Of a stretch of 64,000 bases of DNA, positions 36,212-48,358 are shown in pieces. The stretch's first letter is position 1; the number at the start of each line of letters is the position of its first letter. The notes under the pieces were generated by a model. That model saw nothing but the letters and a program-made list of their open reading frames with translations. It did no database searches and had not been told where the DNA came from. The position numbers and the translations under genes were made by a program. The stretch comes from Anthoceros angustus (taxonomy: Eukaryota > Plantae > Anthocerotophyta). The stretch lies in contig VJWM01000116.1 in NCBI GenBank assembly GCA_010909165.1, positions 888,585 through 952,584 on the forward strand, read 5' to 3'.

Positions 36212-38849
36212 ATGGCTGCTAAAGGGAAATCGAAGGTAATATACTACTTGGGTTTGTAATATAGCTTACAGTAGAAACAAGTAAACAAGTAACGCGTTTG
36301 ATCTATGTTTGCAGGCTCAGCCAAGGCAAAATATGGTGATGCTCGACTTGCGCAACCGCGCGTGGTCGAGAGGTTCAAGCTATCTTTGCGCACCTCAAGA
36401 ATGTCCCACGGGATACAAGGTTGCAAAGCCGTAGACCCATTACTCCAGAATGAGAGAGGCACTTCGAAGTGCTCACATCGAATTGTAACCAGCGAGGAAG
36501 AGGGAAGGCAAAAGGCGCCAGGACCTCAATCGACACATGGCCCAATACCACAAGTAAGTATCCGATAAGAACGTGCCTTATTGTGTATTACAAGAATCGA
36601 CATCACATTGTGTATTGTTTAGAATGTACATAGCGAGGATTCCCACGAATCCTGAGATCGCGGCAAAAAGTGAGAAGGGACACAGACACAAGAAGATGGC
36701 GGGCCGCATAATTAGTGAGATTTATGAGGGAAGCGGACCATGTGAAACAGAGTCCAAGGAAGAGGAGGAGGCCGAACGTGCTTGGGAAAGCAGATTTCAT
36801 TGGAGTGACAGCACATGTGGTCGCTTTTTGAGAGGTTTGTAGAGCCCGCTTGCTAGACGAGGTAAATGGTCTGAGATCGATGGGCTTTTCCAGCCTTGCC
36901 GTGCATTGCAACATGCATGCAGACCGGAGGCATGGATCGGGAGACGGTGATGCAGCCTCCGTGATTGGGTGGACAGGGAAGGGTGGGGAACGCCATCAAC
37001 GATTACAAGGATTACCATCCAAGAAGACATCTCTAGTGCTGCACTTTTGTGCGTGGTTTCATTCATCGGGCCAACCATGTTGCGGTGTTCAAGTTCTTAT
37101 TTTGAAGAGTTCAGAGTGTTTGGCTATTCTTTCCCTCATGGAACACTTCCGAAAGATATGAGGCAGCGATGAGGTTATGGGAGCAACACTTTTCCAAGAT
37201 TCAAGAGTTCCCGATCCTGTGTTCTGTAAGTATTTCTACACCGCTCATCATTTTCATGTCCTTTCCATGTTCCAATGCCGTGGTGGTGCAAAGGCATAGA
37301 AGACGAGGACATACAAGTGGATGCGCAAGTGAAGTTAATGGAAGAAAGGGCAGCTCGGAGAGCACATGAGGACATGGCCACCGACCATGAACAATCCAAC
37401 GTCAGAACGAAAGGATGAGGATGAAATAACGATTTCTCATCATCGAGGAGGAGGAGGAGGAGGAGGAGGAGGAGGAGGAGGAGGAGGAGGAGGAGGAGAG
37501 GAGGAGGAGGAGGAGGAGGAGGAGGAGGAGGAGGAGGAGGAGGAGGAGGGGGAGCAGGAGGAGGAGGAGGAGGATGAGGAGGAGGAGGTTGGGGAGGAAG
37601 AGGAGCCAAAGATGTACAAGGATGGCGGGTTCCAGATTTTCCCCATGTGCAAGCCATGGTCGGAAGGTAATCGTATGTTTTTTCCGTGCATGTGCTCTCG
37701 ATTATCGTGTAATGTATGTTACAGCAGGTGTTTGTTGCGATTTTACACGACAATGGTAATGCATCTTACAGAATGTGTTTGTTGTGGAACTTACGAGTAG
37801 TCGTGATGTATCTTACAGAAGAGGGGAGGAGGTGAAGGAGGAGGAGCAGGAGGGGTTCGTGAAGGGGAGAAAAGGATGAGGTTCGTGGGGAGGAAGCCGA
37901 GCCACGGAGAAACAAGGAAGGGCGGGTTCCAGATTTCCGCATGTTCAAGGCATGGTCGGAAGGTACTATAACGGATAGTTGTAATGTATGTTACATACAT
38001 ACGTTTGTTGTAGAAGTTACAGGGTTTAGCTCTCATGTATGTTACAGACATCTGTTGTTGTGGAACTTAAGACGGTACTGTAATGTTTCTTACAGAAAGA
38101 GGGGAGGACGAGGAGGGGAGGAAGGGAGGAGGTGGGGTGGAGGAAGAGGAGGAAGCAGTACAAGGAGGAGGAGGAAGGGAGGAAGGGGTTGAGGTTGGGG
38201 AGGAGGAAGAGGAGCGACAGCAGTACAAGGATGCGCGGTTCCCGCATTTCCCCATGTGGAAGCCATGGTCGCAAGGTACTGTGTTTTTCCTTGCATGTGC
38301 TCACATTATCGGTTCAGCAATGTATGTTACAGCAGTGTTTGTTGCAATTTTACATCGCATAATGCATCTTACACGATGTGTTTGTTATGGAACTTAAGAC
38401 GGTACTGTACTGTATCTTACAGAAAACAGGGGAGGAGGAGGAGGAGGAGGAGGACGAGGAGGAGGAGGGAGGCGCAGGGCACGAACTTCATGGACATGCA
38501 GGATTTTGCATGTGCCTCCCTCCGCCCCCACCCAAGGCGCTGAGAGGCCCCAACCGAGGCAGATGAGGTACAACGACCCTCCCCGCACGAATACGCTGTC
38601 CGAGGAGTCCACACGATCTCGGCGCTCCAGAGTAAGATGTCGTCCAGGGTTCCTGAATTGTGGAAGGATCTGATGTGGGATGTTTTGACCCGAATTGTTG
38701 GTTCCTCCATGGCGTAAAAGAAGGGCCACACTCGCGGCGAACCATCTCCACGAGGCTGGTTAGTGTTGCAGGACGACGTTATGTCTTCAGCGACGGCAGC
38801 CCCGGTGGAGCCAACCCCCAAGAAGAAGAGGCGGAGGCGGAGATTTTAA
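36212..38849 (+). pseudogene. Element gene A, copy 1: spliced gene for a Glu-rich protein with repeated exons and C-terminal NLS; frameshifted as assembled
   Basis: cgccATGG start followed by a GTAATA..TTGCAG intron. Poly-GAG tracts, an exon-terminal motif (YKD.RFP.FPM.KPWS) x3, and an end PVEPTPKKKRRRRRF* (TAA 38847-38849). Structure is conserved in copy 2. Confidence 0.6.
37446..37590 (+). repeat. (GAG/GGA)n microsatellite, poly-Glu coding
   Basis: About 45 GAG units with few interruptions. The copy-2 counterpart at ~54263-54322 is shorter. Confidence 0.95.
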
Positions 38850-41032
38850 TGTGCTTTACATGAATCAAATGTAAGGTAGTGTACACTTTACCACCGGGGG
38901 AGGGTGTTTGCAGTCGGATGACTGTAATAAGATTTACGTAAAACGCCGTCAGGTACGTTACATGAATGCATGGTAAGGTACTTCACAGTCGTTTAGGGGT
39001 CTTTACATGACTAACACCTTCGGGGGTCTCTAAATTCTTTCAGGCAGGGGCGCGGGCGCCGGAACGGCGGGTCGGGCGAGTGAGTCACTGTGACCATGTG
39101 GGGAGAGGGTGCTTGCATGGGTGACTATGTCGCTTTAACCCTAAAGACCGTGGAGGTACGCTATGTAATGCGCAGTAAGGTCCTACAGAACGGGTCATGA
39201 CTTACACCCTCGGGTTTCTCCAAATTCAACAGGCGGGCGCGGAGGCTGGCGCGGGCGCAGGTCGAGGCCGAGGTCGACGCTGGCCGCCGAGGGCGAGGTC
39301 GAGGCGGGCGAGGTGCGGGCGGGCGAGGTGCGGGCGGCACCGCTTCTGGACCGCGGGGAAGGGTGCTTGCATGACCGTAACGTGCTTTAACACTTCATAA
39401 GGCGCTACACAATTACCGTAAGGGTTGTAACATGATTACGCTGTAAGGTTCTTTACAGTCGTCACGTGGTCATGACTTACAACTTCGGGCGTCTCTAAAT
39501 TCAAACTCGCAAACGCCGGGAGTGGTGGTTGTTCCTTGAGGGCAGGACGTCATGGAGTACCTTCGTGGAATCCCCATATCGGGTGTGAAGTGGTTCTCGA
39601 CATACAACCAGGCAGCAGAAGCGCAAAACCAAAACCCCTTCCATGCTGGGGAGTTGTTCGCCCACGATCTGGTGTTCATGGGCCGGAATTCGAAAGAGGT
39701 TGTGGCAAAACGTTTGTACTTGCTTCCCTCCGCTATTTGGGACATTATGTGGAAGGCGAGGAGTAGTGGAGCTATCCGCTTTTTATGATATTGTCCACTC
39801 GAACAAGCCGCCTGGTTTGGGGACGCCGATTTGAAGCCCCACAAGCGCCACCGACAAGTGCGGGCCAAGTTAAAGGATATATCTGCAGAGTGGATATAGC
39901 GATGACATGGTAGGGAGATTTTTCAAATCCATGATCTCGTTGGAAAGGAGTTCACACACCGCTTGTTCGGTTGTTGTGGTGGGAGGTATCGTTTTGTAAT
40001 GTACATTACAATGTTGATATGTAATGTACACTTGAACTTTAATCTTAAGGCCATGACGACTTTCATCCGTAATATACCTTACACGTTGTTCATTCTCAAT
40101 CCCCGCAGATACTCGCCACATTGGCGCATTAGCCTCATCGGGTTTGAGGATTTCGATGACAGGAAGGTGCTCCACTTGAACGGTTGCAGACCCACAAAAT
40201 TCTCTTGTCATTAGACTTAGGCGGAGTAATTTTTAAGGATCACGGGTGTCCTTGAGATCTTGGGCTTGGGAGTCGGATAGGTTCGCATGGCGTCGGTGTT
40301 TTCCGTGACTTCAGCCCACGACGGATGAGGCAGCGTAAAGGAATGCTCGTTCGTACGATGTGTTTGGACAATTTGTTGTGTCGGCGTAATGGAGGCTTAG
40401 AGTTGAAGGGACGAGGTCTGAGCCCATTGACCTATTAATCGATACACGGAGAGAAGCAATTTTATGAAGTTTGCAGTCGCTCAAAGCGGTTGGACCGTCA
40501 ACCATGCATGCACCGTTGAGAACATGGTAATTCGTAAGGAGGTTTATATACGAACCCCTTCCGTTGCGTAACCCTTTGACGAAAATCACTGATCTAAATC
40601 ACGCAGCCATCAGCCTCCGACAATGGACCATTCTTGGCCCCCGACTAAGTCATGAACAACACAATTGAGGCATACACACGGACAATAGGTGGTGCCGGCC
40701 GGCTACCGGATGAAGCCATGAGTGGAAGAGGGACGTTTTAAATGTGCACTTCGCAAAATGGCACCGATAGACACATGGCATAATGAAGTTTATGTCGGAA
40801 TCCTAATACATTGGATCCGGTTACTCGTGCGGGCTATTCGGTCTCAACGGGCCACGAAACGCGAGAATCTAAAACTACAGCTAGGTTCGCACGCTCCGGT
40901 TCTTCTTCAAAGCTGTTCTCACCCAAAGCGTTGTCGTTGTTAACCTCCGCGCTTGGACACATCGGCGTGGGAGGTTGCCATATGGTATCCAGCGTTTGCA
41001 AGTCCCCTCCAACAATTCGTTAAGTCTTCATC

Positions 41033-42822
41033 CTCCGGCACTCAAAGAAACAACTTGGGCCTTTGAACAATCCTTTTCACTTATACAAACCTCCTTTGCC
41101 CAGGCTGCGAAGGGCGCTGCGATGGGGCTCAAGGTAAGCTCTTCTTGACTCCGGAGAACCTCGATCCGTGGATCTGTTGGGGGATGTATCCAAAGACACC
41201 GTAAGTCGCCCGATGGCGTCTGATTTCTTCCTGAGCAAGGCTGCTAATCTGGTTGTGCCACGGAGCATCGTCCACCACCCGGTCTCCTTCTTTGAGAAGG
41301 TCTTGATCAATTTCATCATCACCAAGAGGCCTTTGGTATGGGCATACCACCAACTTGTCATGGGACAAGTACACCTTCTTTACCACGGTGTCATGGCCTA
41401 TGACGGACCTCCCATTGTTAAAAGTGCCATGCATGGCATTCGGCATCATCGAGCTCGATCCTTTGAACACCCATCTTTCAAGCCCCATCCGGTCACATAC
41501 TCCTTTGTTTCAAATCCTATCATTGCTCATGTTAGTTTTATCCCACACGAAAGACACCAGCCACCCTTCTTACACCACTGCGCGATTCCCGTCTTGTGTG
41601 GGCTTCCTCCACTCCATGCATGACAATCATGCGGAAGTCTTCGCTTAGTTTTCTCATGGAAAAGCTGTACTCAACATAGTGGCATCCATCCGTTTGTCCA
41701 TAGGCCCAATATCAAAGCCTCACACATCCATGACTAACGGGGTGTACCTCCTCACCAAGGTAGCCCCGCATCTCCAAAATATCTCGCTTCTCCACTTGGT
41801 AATGAACCTCCTTCTCGATCCACGAAGTAAAATGTGCAGCCCTTCATGAAGATCAGTATACGCGCTCATTGCTCGTCTTCCAAACTCTTCCAATTATTGA
41901 TCTCGAAAATGAAATTCTTAAAGTCCTCCGGCATTCAAAGAAACAACTTGGGCCTTTGAACAATCCTTTTCACTTATACAAACCTCCTTTGCCTGCTGGG
42001 CCTGCGGGGCTCAAGGTAAGCTCTTCTTCAAAGATCCGGAGAACCTCGATCCGTGGATGCGCCTGGGGATGTATCCAAAGACACCGTAAGTCCGCGATGG
42101 CGATACGCTTCCATGCAGCAAGGTCGCTAATACTGCTGTGCCACTCCGAGCATGCGCCCACCACCTCCTTCTTTGAGAAGGTCTTGATCAATTTCATCAT
42201 CACCAAGAGGCCTTTGGTATGGGCATACCACCAACTTGTCATGGGACAAGTACACCGCTTCTTTACCAGTGTCATGGCCTATGACGGACCTCCCATTGTT
42301 AAAAGTGCCATGCATGGTATTCGCATCATCGGAGCTCGATCCTTTGAACACCCATCTTTCAAGCCCCATCCGATGTCACATACTCCATCGCTTCAACCGC
42401 CCCTATCATTGCTCATGTTAGTTTTATCCCACACGAAAGACACCAGCCACCCTTCTTACACCACCGCAAGATCGATTCTGCATCGTGGGCTTCTCCACTC
42501 CATGCATGACAATCATGCGGAAGTCTTCGCTTGTAGTTTTCATGAAAACTGCTGAAAATCAGACTCAACATAGTGGCATCCATCCGCTTGTCCATAGGCC
42601 CAATATCAAAGCCTCCGGGCACATCCATGACTAATGGTGTACCTCCTCACCAAGGTAGCCCCGCATCTCCAAAATATCTCGCTTCCACTTGGTAATGAAC
42701 CTCCTTCACCACAGAACAGAAAATGTGCAGCCCTTCATGAAGATCTCAGATTCCGCCATAGCTCGCTTTTCCAAACTCTTCCAATTATTGATCTCAAAAT
42801 GAAATTTTAAAGTCCTCCGCAT
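41033..42822. repeat. ~893-bp tandem duplication inside the Sola-like element
   Basis: cctccggca.tcaaagaaacaacttggg at ~41032 and ~41925. tcttccaattattgatctc..aaagtcctcc at ~41887 and ~42777. Confidence 0.85.
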
Positions 42823-44569
42823 TTTCCGTAAGTTGTCTATATCCTTCAATTCTTTGCAGGCAAAAACGAGTAAGTGCATATCTGACGTGTCTGAAACATT
42901 ATGCACCGTAGATCTCAAGGGGGAGGCCGCCGGCGCCTCTGGCCTCAGTTCTATGGATCTGAGATGGCGGCCGGGCTGCCAGCAACTCCATCACATGTGG
43001 AAGTGGCCTCGCCAGCCGCCTGCAAGAACGTTAGGGTTTGTAACGACATGACGAGAGAATTAGAAAACGATGGGTAGTATGGCACACCTTCCCATGAATG
43101 CCGTCTGAACCGAGCTATCATTTGTCGATCATGCAAAGGATATTCCTAACCTCTTGAATGATGAGCAGCCCAAGTGTTTTACCATAGCCACTTGTATAAC
43201 ATGAAACTTCTTCCGTAAGGTAATCTCCTCATCCATACCTTTTAGGTCGACACCCGCCAACACCTTCTCTTACCGATGAGTATCCACGACCGACTCTCCA
43301 CCGAATCTTGAACGATTTCCACGGCTTTGCTAGCATATCCTTCACGAACAAAGGTCAACAACCGAGCCTCTTGTACCTTCCGCTTGCCTTTGCCCTTCTT
43401 ACTTGTTCAGAACATGTTTTTTCCGCAAATTCTCCACCTCCCATTTTGAAAATATTCGATCCACGTTGTCCCAAACCTTCCTCCCGCTGCAAATGCATAA
43501 GATGTGGGTCCGATTGTCCACCTTATTCGCTTGTAAACATCGCCTTCCCGACCTCCGCTGCCCTCAATCAAGCCCAATACACGGTGATAGGTTGAATTTC
43601 CAATTCATGGTCATCCTGACATCATCTCGCCTCGGCAATAAGTTCGCCCTCAAGTACCGACCGCCAATGAAGGACATCTTCTTCCTTTTGTCCGACATCT
43701 TCTTCCTTTTGTCCGACTCGCTGCTGCTATGTCGTCAAGACGGCAGCCCATGGGTCGCTGATAAGAGTGAAGTGATATGTGTCACCGATCATCGAAACCT
43801 ACAGAACCGATGTGCCGCAAATTGGACGAAAGAAAGATTTCGTGAGCAACAGTATAGATTCATAAGAACGTGCACAAGAAAGCAGAGACATTCCTTCGCC
43901 TCAGTCCATCGCGATGTGGACCAATGATAAAGGAAAAGTTGTCACCATGTTATGGGGGAGTGTTCCGACATGTTGTCTCAAGGCTGGCTTTATTGTGGGA
44001 CACATCCCAGATGAGTTGAAGGCTAGAGTTCTTGAACTCACCGTGGATGGTTTCGTAACAAACCCCATACAGCCTGCATGCGCTTAGGGCCATAGCTTGA
44101 TGGACGATTTTTATGTACATGGTCGAGAGGCTCCCAAATGTGAGGTTTTCAATCTTCCCGACACGCATACAAAATTAGAAATATGGTTGCTATACAAACT
44201 AGAAAGGTCACATATGTCACCTACGCGGTTCTAAAGTTAAAGCTAACAGAGTGAAGATCCCAAAGTCAAACCGGCTTCTCGACATGCTCGCTTAGTGGAT
44301 TGAAGACAACCATACCAACTCACTGTATATCGATCAAGGTACCGTGCACTCTTGTTCCTCTCGCATGCCCTTTCTAACCTTTTTGCGTGAACCACCTGCA
44401 GCTTGTCGTGGCCAGACCGGTCCTAGGTGCTTGCTGCATCGCTTTTGGAGGTTTGGGCGCTCTTTACCGGATGGAGGTTTGGTTATAGTCGGCCCCTTAT
44501 ATCACAAGAGAGTGCAGGCGCCCTCTGCTTTCACAAGAGGCAGTCATCATGGGGATGGTTAGTTGCTGC

Positions 44570-45720
44570 TTTTGCATATCCAAACATGTTAGTGGATATG
44601 GGAACTTTTGAGAAAAAGGTGGGGTTTCTTCTGGACATACTCATGATCAAATTGACCAAATGTTTTCATGTTTTTCAAAGAGCTTGAAACATGTGGAAGC
44701 TCATACTCTCGCATTGGCGGCAATTTTGAAAGAGGCGTACACTCCAACACCGAGGTGAAGGTATTAACGGAGGTTCCACTTCCGCTCCTATGTTTGGCCG
44801 TTACGACAAGGGGATGGACGCCAAGCACGGAGTCGGCGTAAATTGAACAACCCGTCATTCCAAAGATCAGCTCAAAATTACAAGAGAAGAAAACGACTGT
44901 GGCCGGTGATACTATTAGAAGCAAACAATATTCGACATCGCCACAATGGGAAACTAAGCCGGTTTGAGTTTTTGAAGTTTGTCCCATCCACGACGTAACC
45001 GCCAAGACGGCCGACATCCCTTCGTGCCCGTGATAAGAAAGGCACATCGTGGTTATCCCCAACCGAGGTGTGGCTCACTTGAAGGAGGGCCTCCGCTTAG
45101 ACCATATGTCACCGCAGAGGAATATAAATGGTGGGAAGAATTTTGGGTGGACCAAGAGGAGATCGTTATTGTGGAGAATAATATAGGGCTCGCACTCCAA
45201 GACGCATGGAAGTGGTTTTCGCGGATGAAGTTGAAGAAAAAATGAGGTTCTTCACGTGCTCGAGGCGCTATAGAGGAGGCTTTACTCGTGGACCTTCCCC
45301 AACGGAATATGTACCTTGGTGCATATCAAACCGTTGTTAGACAAGAACAAGAAACTGCGGTTGAATGGTGACATTTGAAATAAGGAAAGACATGTTCATT
45401 GCCCGCACCACCGGCTGATCGAACAGCGCCGGATTGGCGGTGGTCATTGATGTTCACTTAGATGCACCGATCCTCACTTTGTCGCTCATTGGTACATGAC
45501 GAGCACATGCGTATGAAGGAAGGTATGTTGAAGAATTTATAATCCGACATGAAGGGACCCAGTGACGAAATCGTGGAAAAAGGAGGAAAGCTAATTTGCA
45601 CAAAACGCATAAAAGGTTTTTGTGAACAAAACGTGATCATATATTATGGTTTCAACTTGAATGCTCGCAAACATTTATATTGTGGACAAGAAGGCGATCG
45701 ACTAAAATTAAATGAATTGC
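44570..45720 (+). pseudogene. C-terminal part of a Sola1-like DDD transposase
   Basis: FAYPNMLVDMGTFEKKVGFL/SGHTHDQIDQMFSCFSKSLK (GHTH..IDQ.FS at 44633-44668), then ILKEAY..EVKVLTEV, SKQYSTSPQW, EEYKWWEEFW. The first two catalytic Asp motifs were not found. Confidence 0.7.
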
Positions 45721-48227
45721 GTTTCACAAACCACCAGCCAAAGTGGCCCGTAAGATAGTGAAGATAGTGGTGGTGATGCGAGCCTCATGATGATGACGGC
45801 AATTCGTAAGACGATCGAGTTCATGAACATCCGTGCCAAGATGTTTTGTCTTATGTGGACACGTTTTTCTTCCTTCCTCTCAATAAGTTTCAATAGATTC
45901 TCCAAATTCATTGTCCGTGGAAGGCTATTTTTCCCACGCACTTAACCGTAAAACCGTTGTCTTCCGCCAAGTTCGTCATTATTATGCGATACAAGACCAG
46001 CGTGGAAACCACCTAAGCATAGCGACAAATCCATACGACGAGACATCGATGAAGATGGTGTTCATGTGCAAGACGCATTGCGACGAAGCGTTAACCAAAC
46101 CGAGCGTTGTTTGTATGTCCATAGGCTCCCTCACCGACTGCCCTCGATATGACTTTGCATGTTACGGTTCACCCCAAGTGGGGAACACTATTTCTCTTCC
46201 GGTACAATGGGGCCACAATTACACACGGTCAAAGGGTGTCCATGGACGAGGAGTGAAGAGGGCGCCGGTCGGCCACAGAAACATATTAGATTGTGTTTTC
46301 CAAAACAGGGCCGACATTGACCCTCGACCATTGTACTAACGGCACGAGAGTTGTACTTAATGGAAAAGGACCCGCGACCATGTTTTTAGAGTGTTGGTTT
46401 TGCTCATCGGTCTTCATCATCACCGCACAAATCGTCCCATCCGGGTCCGAAATGGAGCCAAATGGATGTATGAGGGGTTATCAAAACCCTTTGCCTCCTA
46501 CATCGATACACGAAATTTGTGTGCACGGAGATGAACACCCTATTTTGAGGCATTTTGGACCACACGATTCAAAACCCTAAATGGAGACCCATTGGAAACC
46601 CTCATTGCCGAATAAAAGGCGAAAACCCCATGGTGCATATTAACCTCCTGTAATTACCATGTTTGAGGTGGGTCTCGATGGATGCTCGCGGATCGCGACA
46701 TCTGCAGCATGGCATCACGGCCGGCGATGTCTCCGCCGACCGGGTGTGTCCCAAACCGCGTATGCGCCCGAGAGGTGGGATGCCGCCCTTGTCGAATGCA
46801 AGAATTATTGGTTAAAGGCATGTCCGGTTTGGCAACAAAAGATGTAGTACATGTCATGTTGGGGCGACATAAATGCCACCCTACTGTGCCGTGTCGATGA
46901 TCTATGTCAATGTGCCCGCAGATATCCGACATTATGAGGGCATGATAGCGAAGTAAGACATGTGATGTGAAGTAAGGCATATTATAGTGTTGGTTTGTAA
47001 TGTACCTAATCGCGGTTGTGAGAACTATTGTCACCGCAGTGCAGTATCCTGCCACTGGATTCTATGGCAAGCCCGATATGTTGAGACCATATCGTAGAGG
47101 CGTGGGAGGCTGGTTATGGCATCGGGCCGTGGGGCACGATATGGCTCGCTGAGAATTTCGTGATTATCGCCCAAGACATCCCACGCCAACACAGTTGGGC
47201 CAACCCTCTCGCCAGAGGTTGAGGAGGTGGAACATATACATCCGCCCAAGTTAGTGGGTCGAGGACATGCCCCATCAACAACGCTTATGCGACTTAGAGA
47301 ATGGAACACATGTTTTCCATCCTTCATGTGGCGACTCGATGCCAAGGCAATCCTATCGAACTCCATGCGGACATATGTACTGCAATACGACTGTGGGTGT
47401 TTGGTGCTTTAAAAGCAAATCATGGCGTGGGAGATGTTGAGACGGTTCCTGGATCGGACCGGTGAAAACTCCGAGCTCGGAAGGACTAGGCAAAGGCTTT
47501 GTAATTGGGAAAGACACAACGATATCGATTTCGAGGAATCGATCAAGTTCATCACCCTTGACGCAGTGACTCAATGTTGGTACGCTCCGCAGAAGCTATA
47601 TCACATTCAACTCGACGCCCGCTTAACAAACATTGATGTACTGCGGTTGCCCCCGAGCCACGGAAGACTAAGCGGGCGCTTCAATGGGTGAAGTACACGT
47701 ATCGCGTAAAACCCGCGACGAGGGTGATTCTCATCACGCACCGTGTTCTTTTGGTCATAACTACACCTATTGAATAAATTGTTGCATCCCCATGATCCCG
47801 AGAGGGGTCCCGCCTGCTTTATCAAGACCGCTTAGGTGACGGGAGATGGTATATGTACGGTTTGCTCAATTGCTAAAGAATGTCGGAGGAGTTCATCCGT
47901 AATGTGGATTACGCCATTGTGGATGAGGCGGCGTCAGGCGGAAGCATTCGTGGGTGCCACGATGGACTCTTGTGGCCTAGCAAATAGGGTGGAGGACATA
48001 CCGACGGCTCGGCCGTAATCGCAAAGAAGGTTGTCATCATGGAATGGGACATGGATCGACCAAATGGGTTGGTTCACATCGCTGCGTGATGGTGTAGACC
48101 CATCGGATGGGATAAGGTGGCGCGCATCGTTGGAACATAGGCGTTCATGCAACCCATGTTGCTCACATACGCCTATTATGTGTTATTTTTCCGGTATGTG
48201 ACATATTACCGAATGGCGTCTGATGGG

Positions 48228-48358
48228 AGGAGTGTGCTTCAGAGTGAGTGTGCTTACAAGATGAGTGTGCTTACGCGATGAGTGTGCTTACGATGAGTGT
48301 CCTTACATCCGTGACAGGTGAGTGTCCTTACATCCTACAGAGTGAGTGTCCTTACACT
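48228..48358 (+). repeat. Intronic minisatellite (GAGTGT(G/C)CTTACA)n in gene B, copy 1
   Basis: About 7 degenerate copies between a GTATGT donor (~48194) and a CGCAG acceptor (~48378). Confidence 0.8.

Larger units (their letters stand above)
40521..46663 (+). mobile_element. 6.1-kb TIR DNA transposon, Sola1-like, with 4-bp TSD (TGAG)
   Basis: Left end AACATGGTAATTCGTAAGGAGGTTTATAT matches the reverse complement of the right end, AACATGGTAATTACAGGAGGTTAATAT. TGAG flanks both ends (40517-40520, 46664-46667). Copy 2 has the empty site ccgtTGAGgtggg at 57242-57245. Confidence 0.88.

Noticed and set aside
37175-37800. Poly-Pro/poly-Leu/poly-Gly/poly-Ser ORFs
   Set aside because: Alternative-frame readings of the (GAG)n microsatellite. 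Poly-Glu in gene A is the coherent reading.
39470-40589. Minus-strand ORFs (39470-39868, 39870-40211, 40311-40589) as genes
   Set aside because: They are antisense shadows of the plus-strand PrimPol exons, which have recognisable motifs and GT-AG introns.
42495-42530. CACTA transposase suggested by HDCH
   Set aside because: It lacks the GLKSHDCH context, and the enclosing element has non-CACTA termini and a 4-bp TSD.
46300-46580. Second AEP primase suggested by ADID / GLH / ID strings
   Set aside because: The motifs need several frame changes and lie in the subterminal region of the TIR element. The convincing AEP motifs are at 39780-40450.
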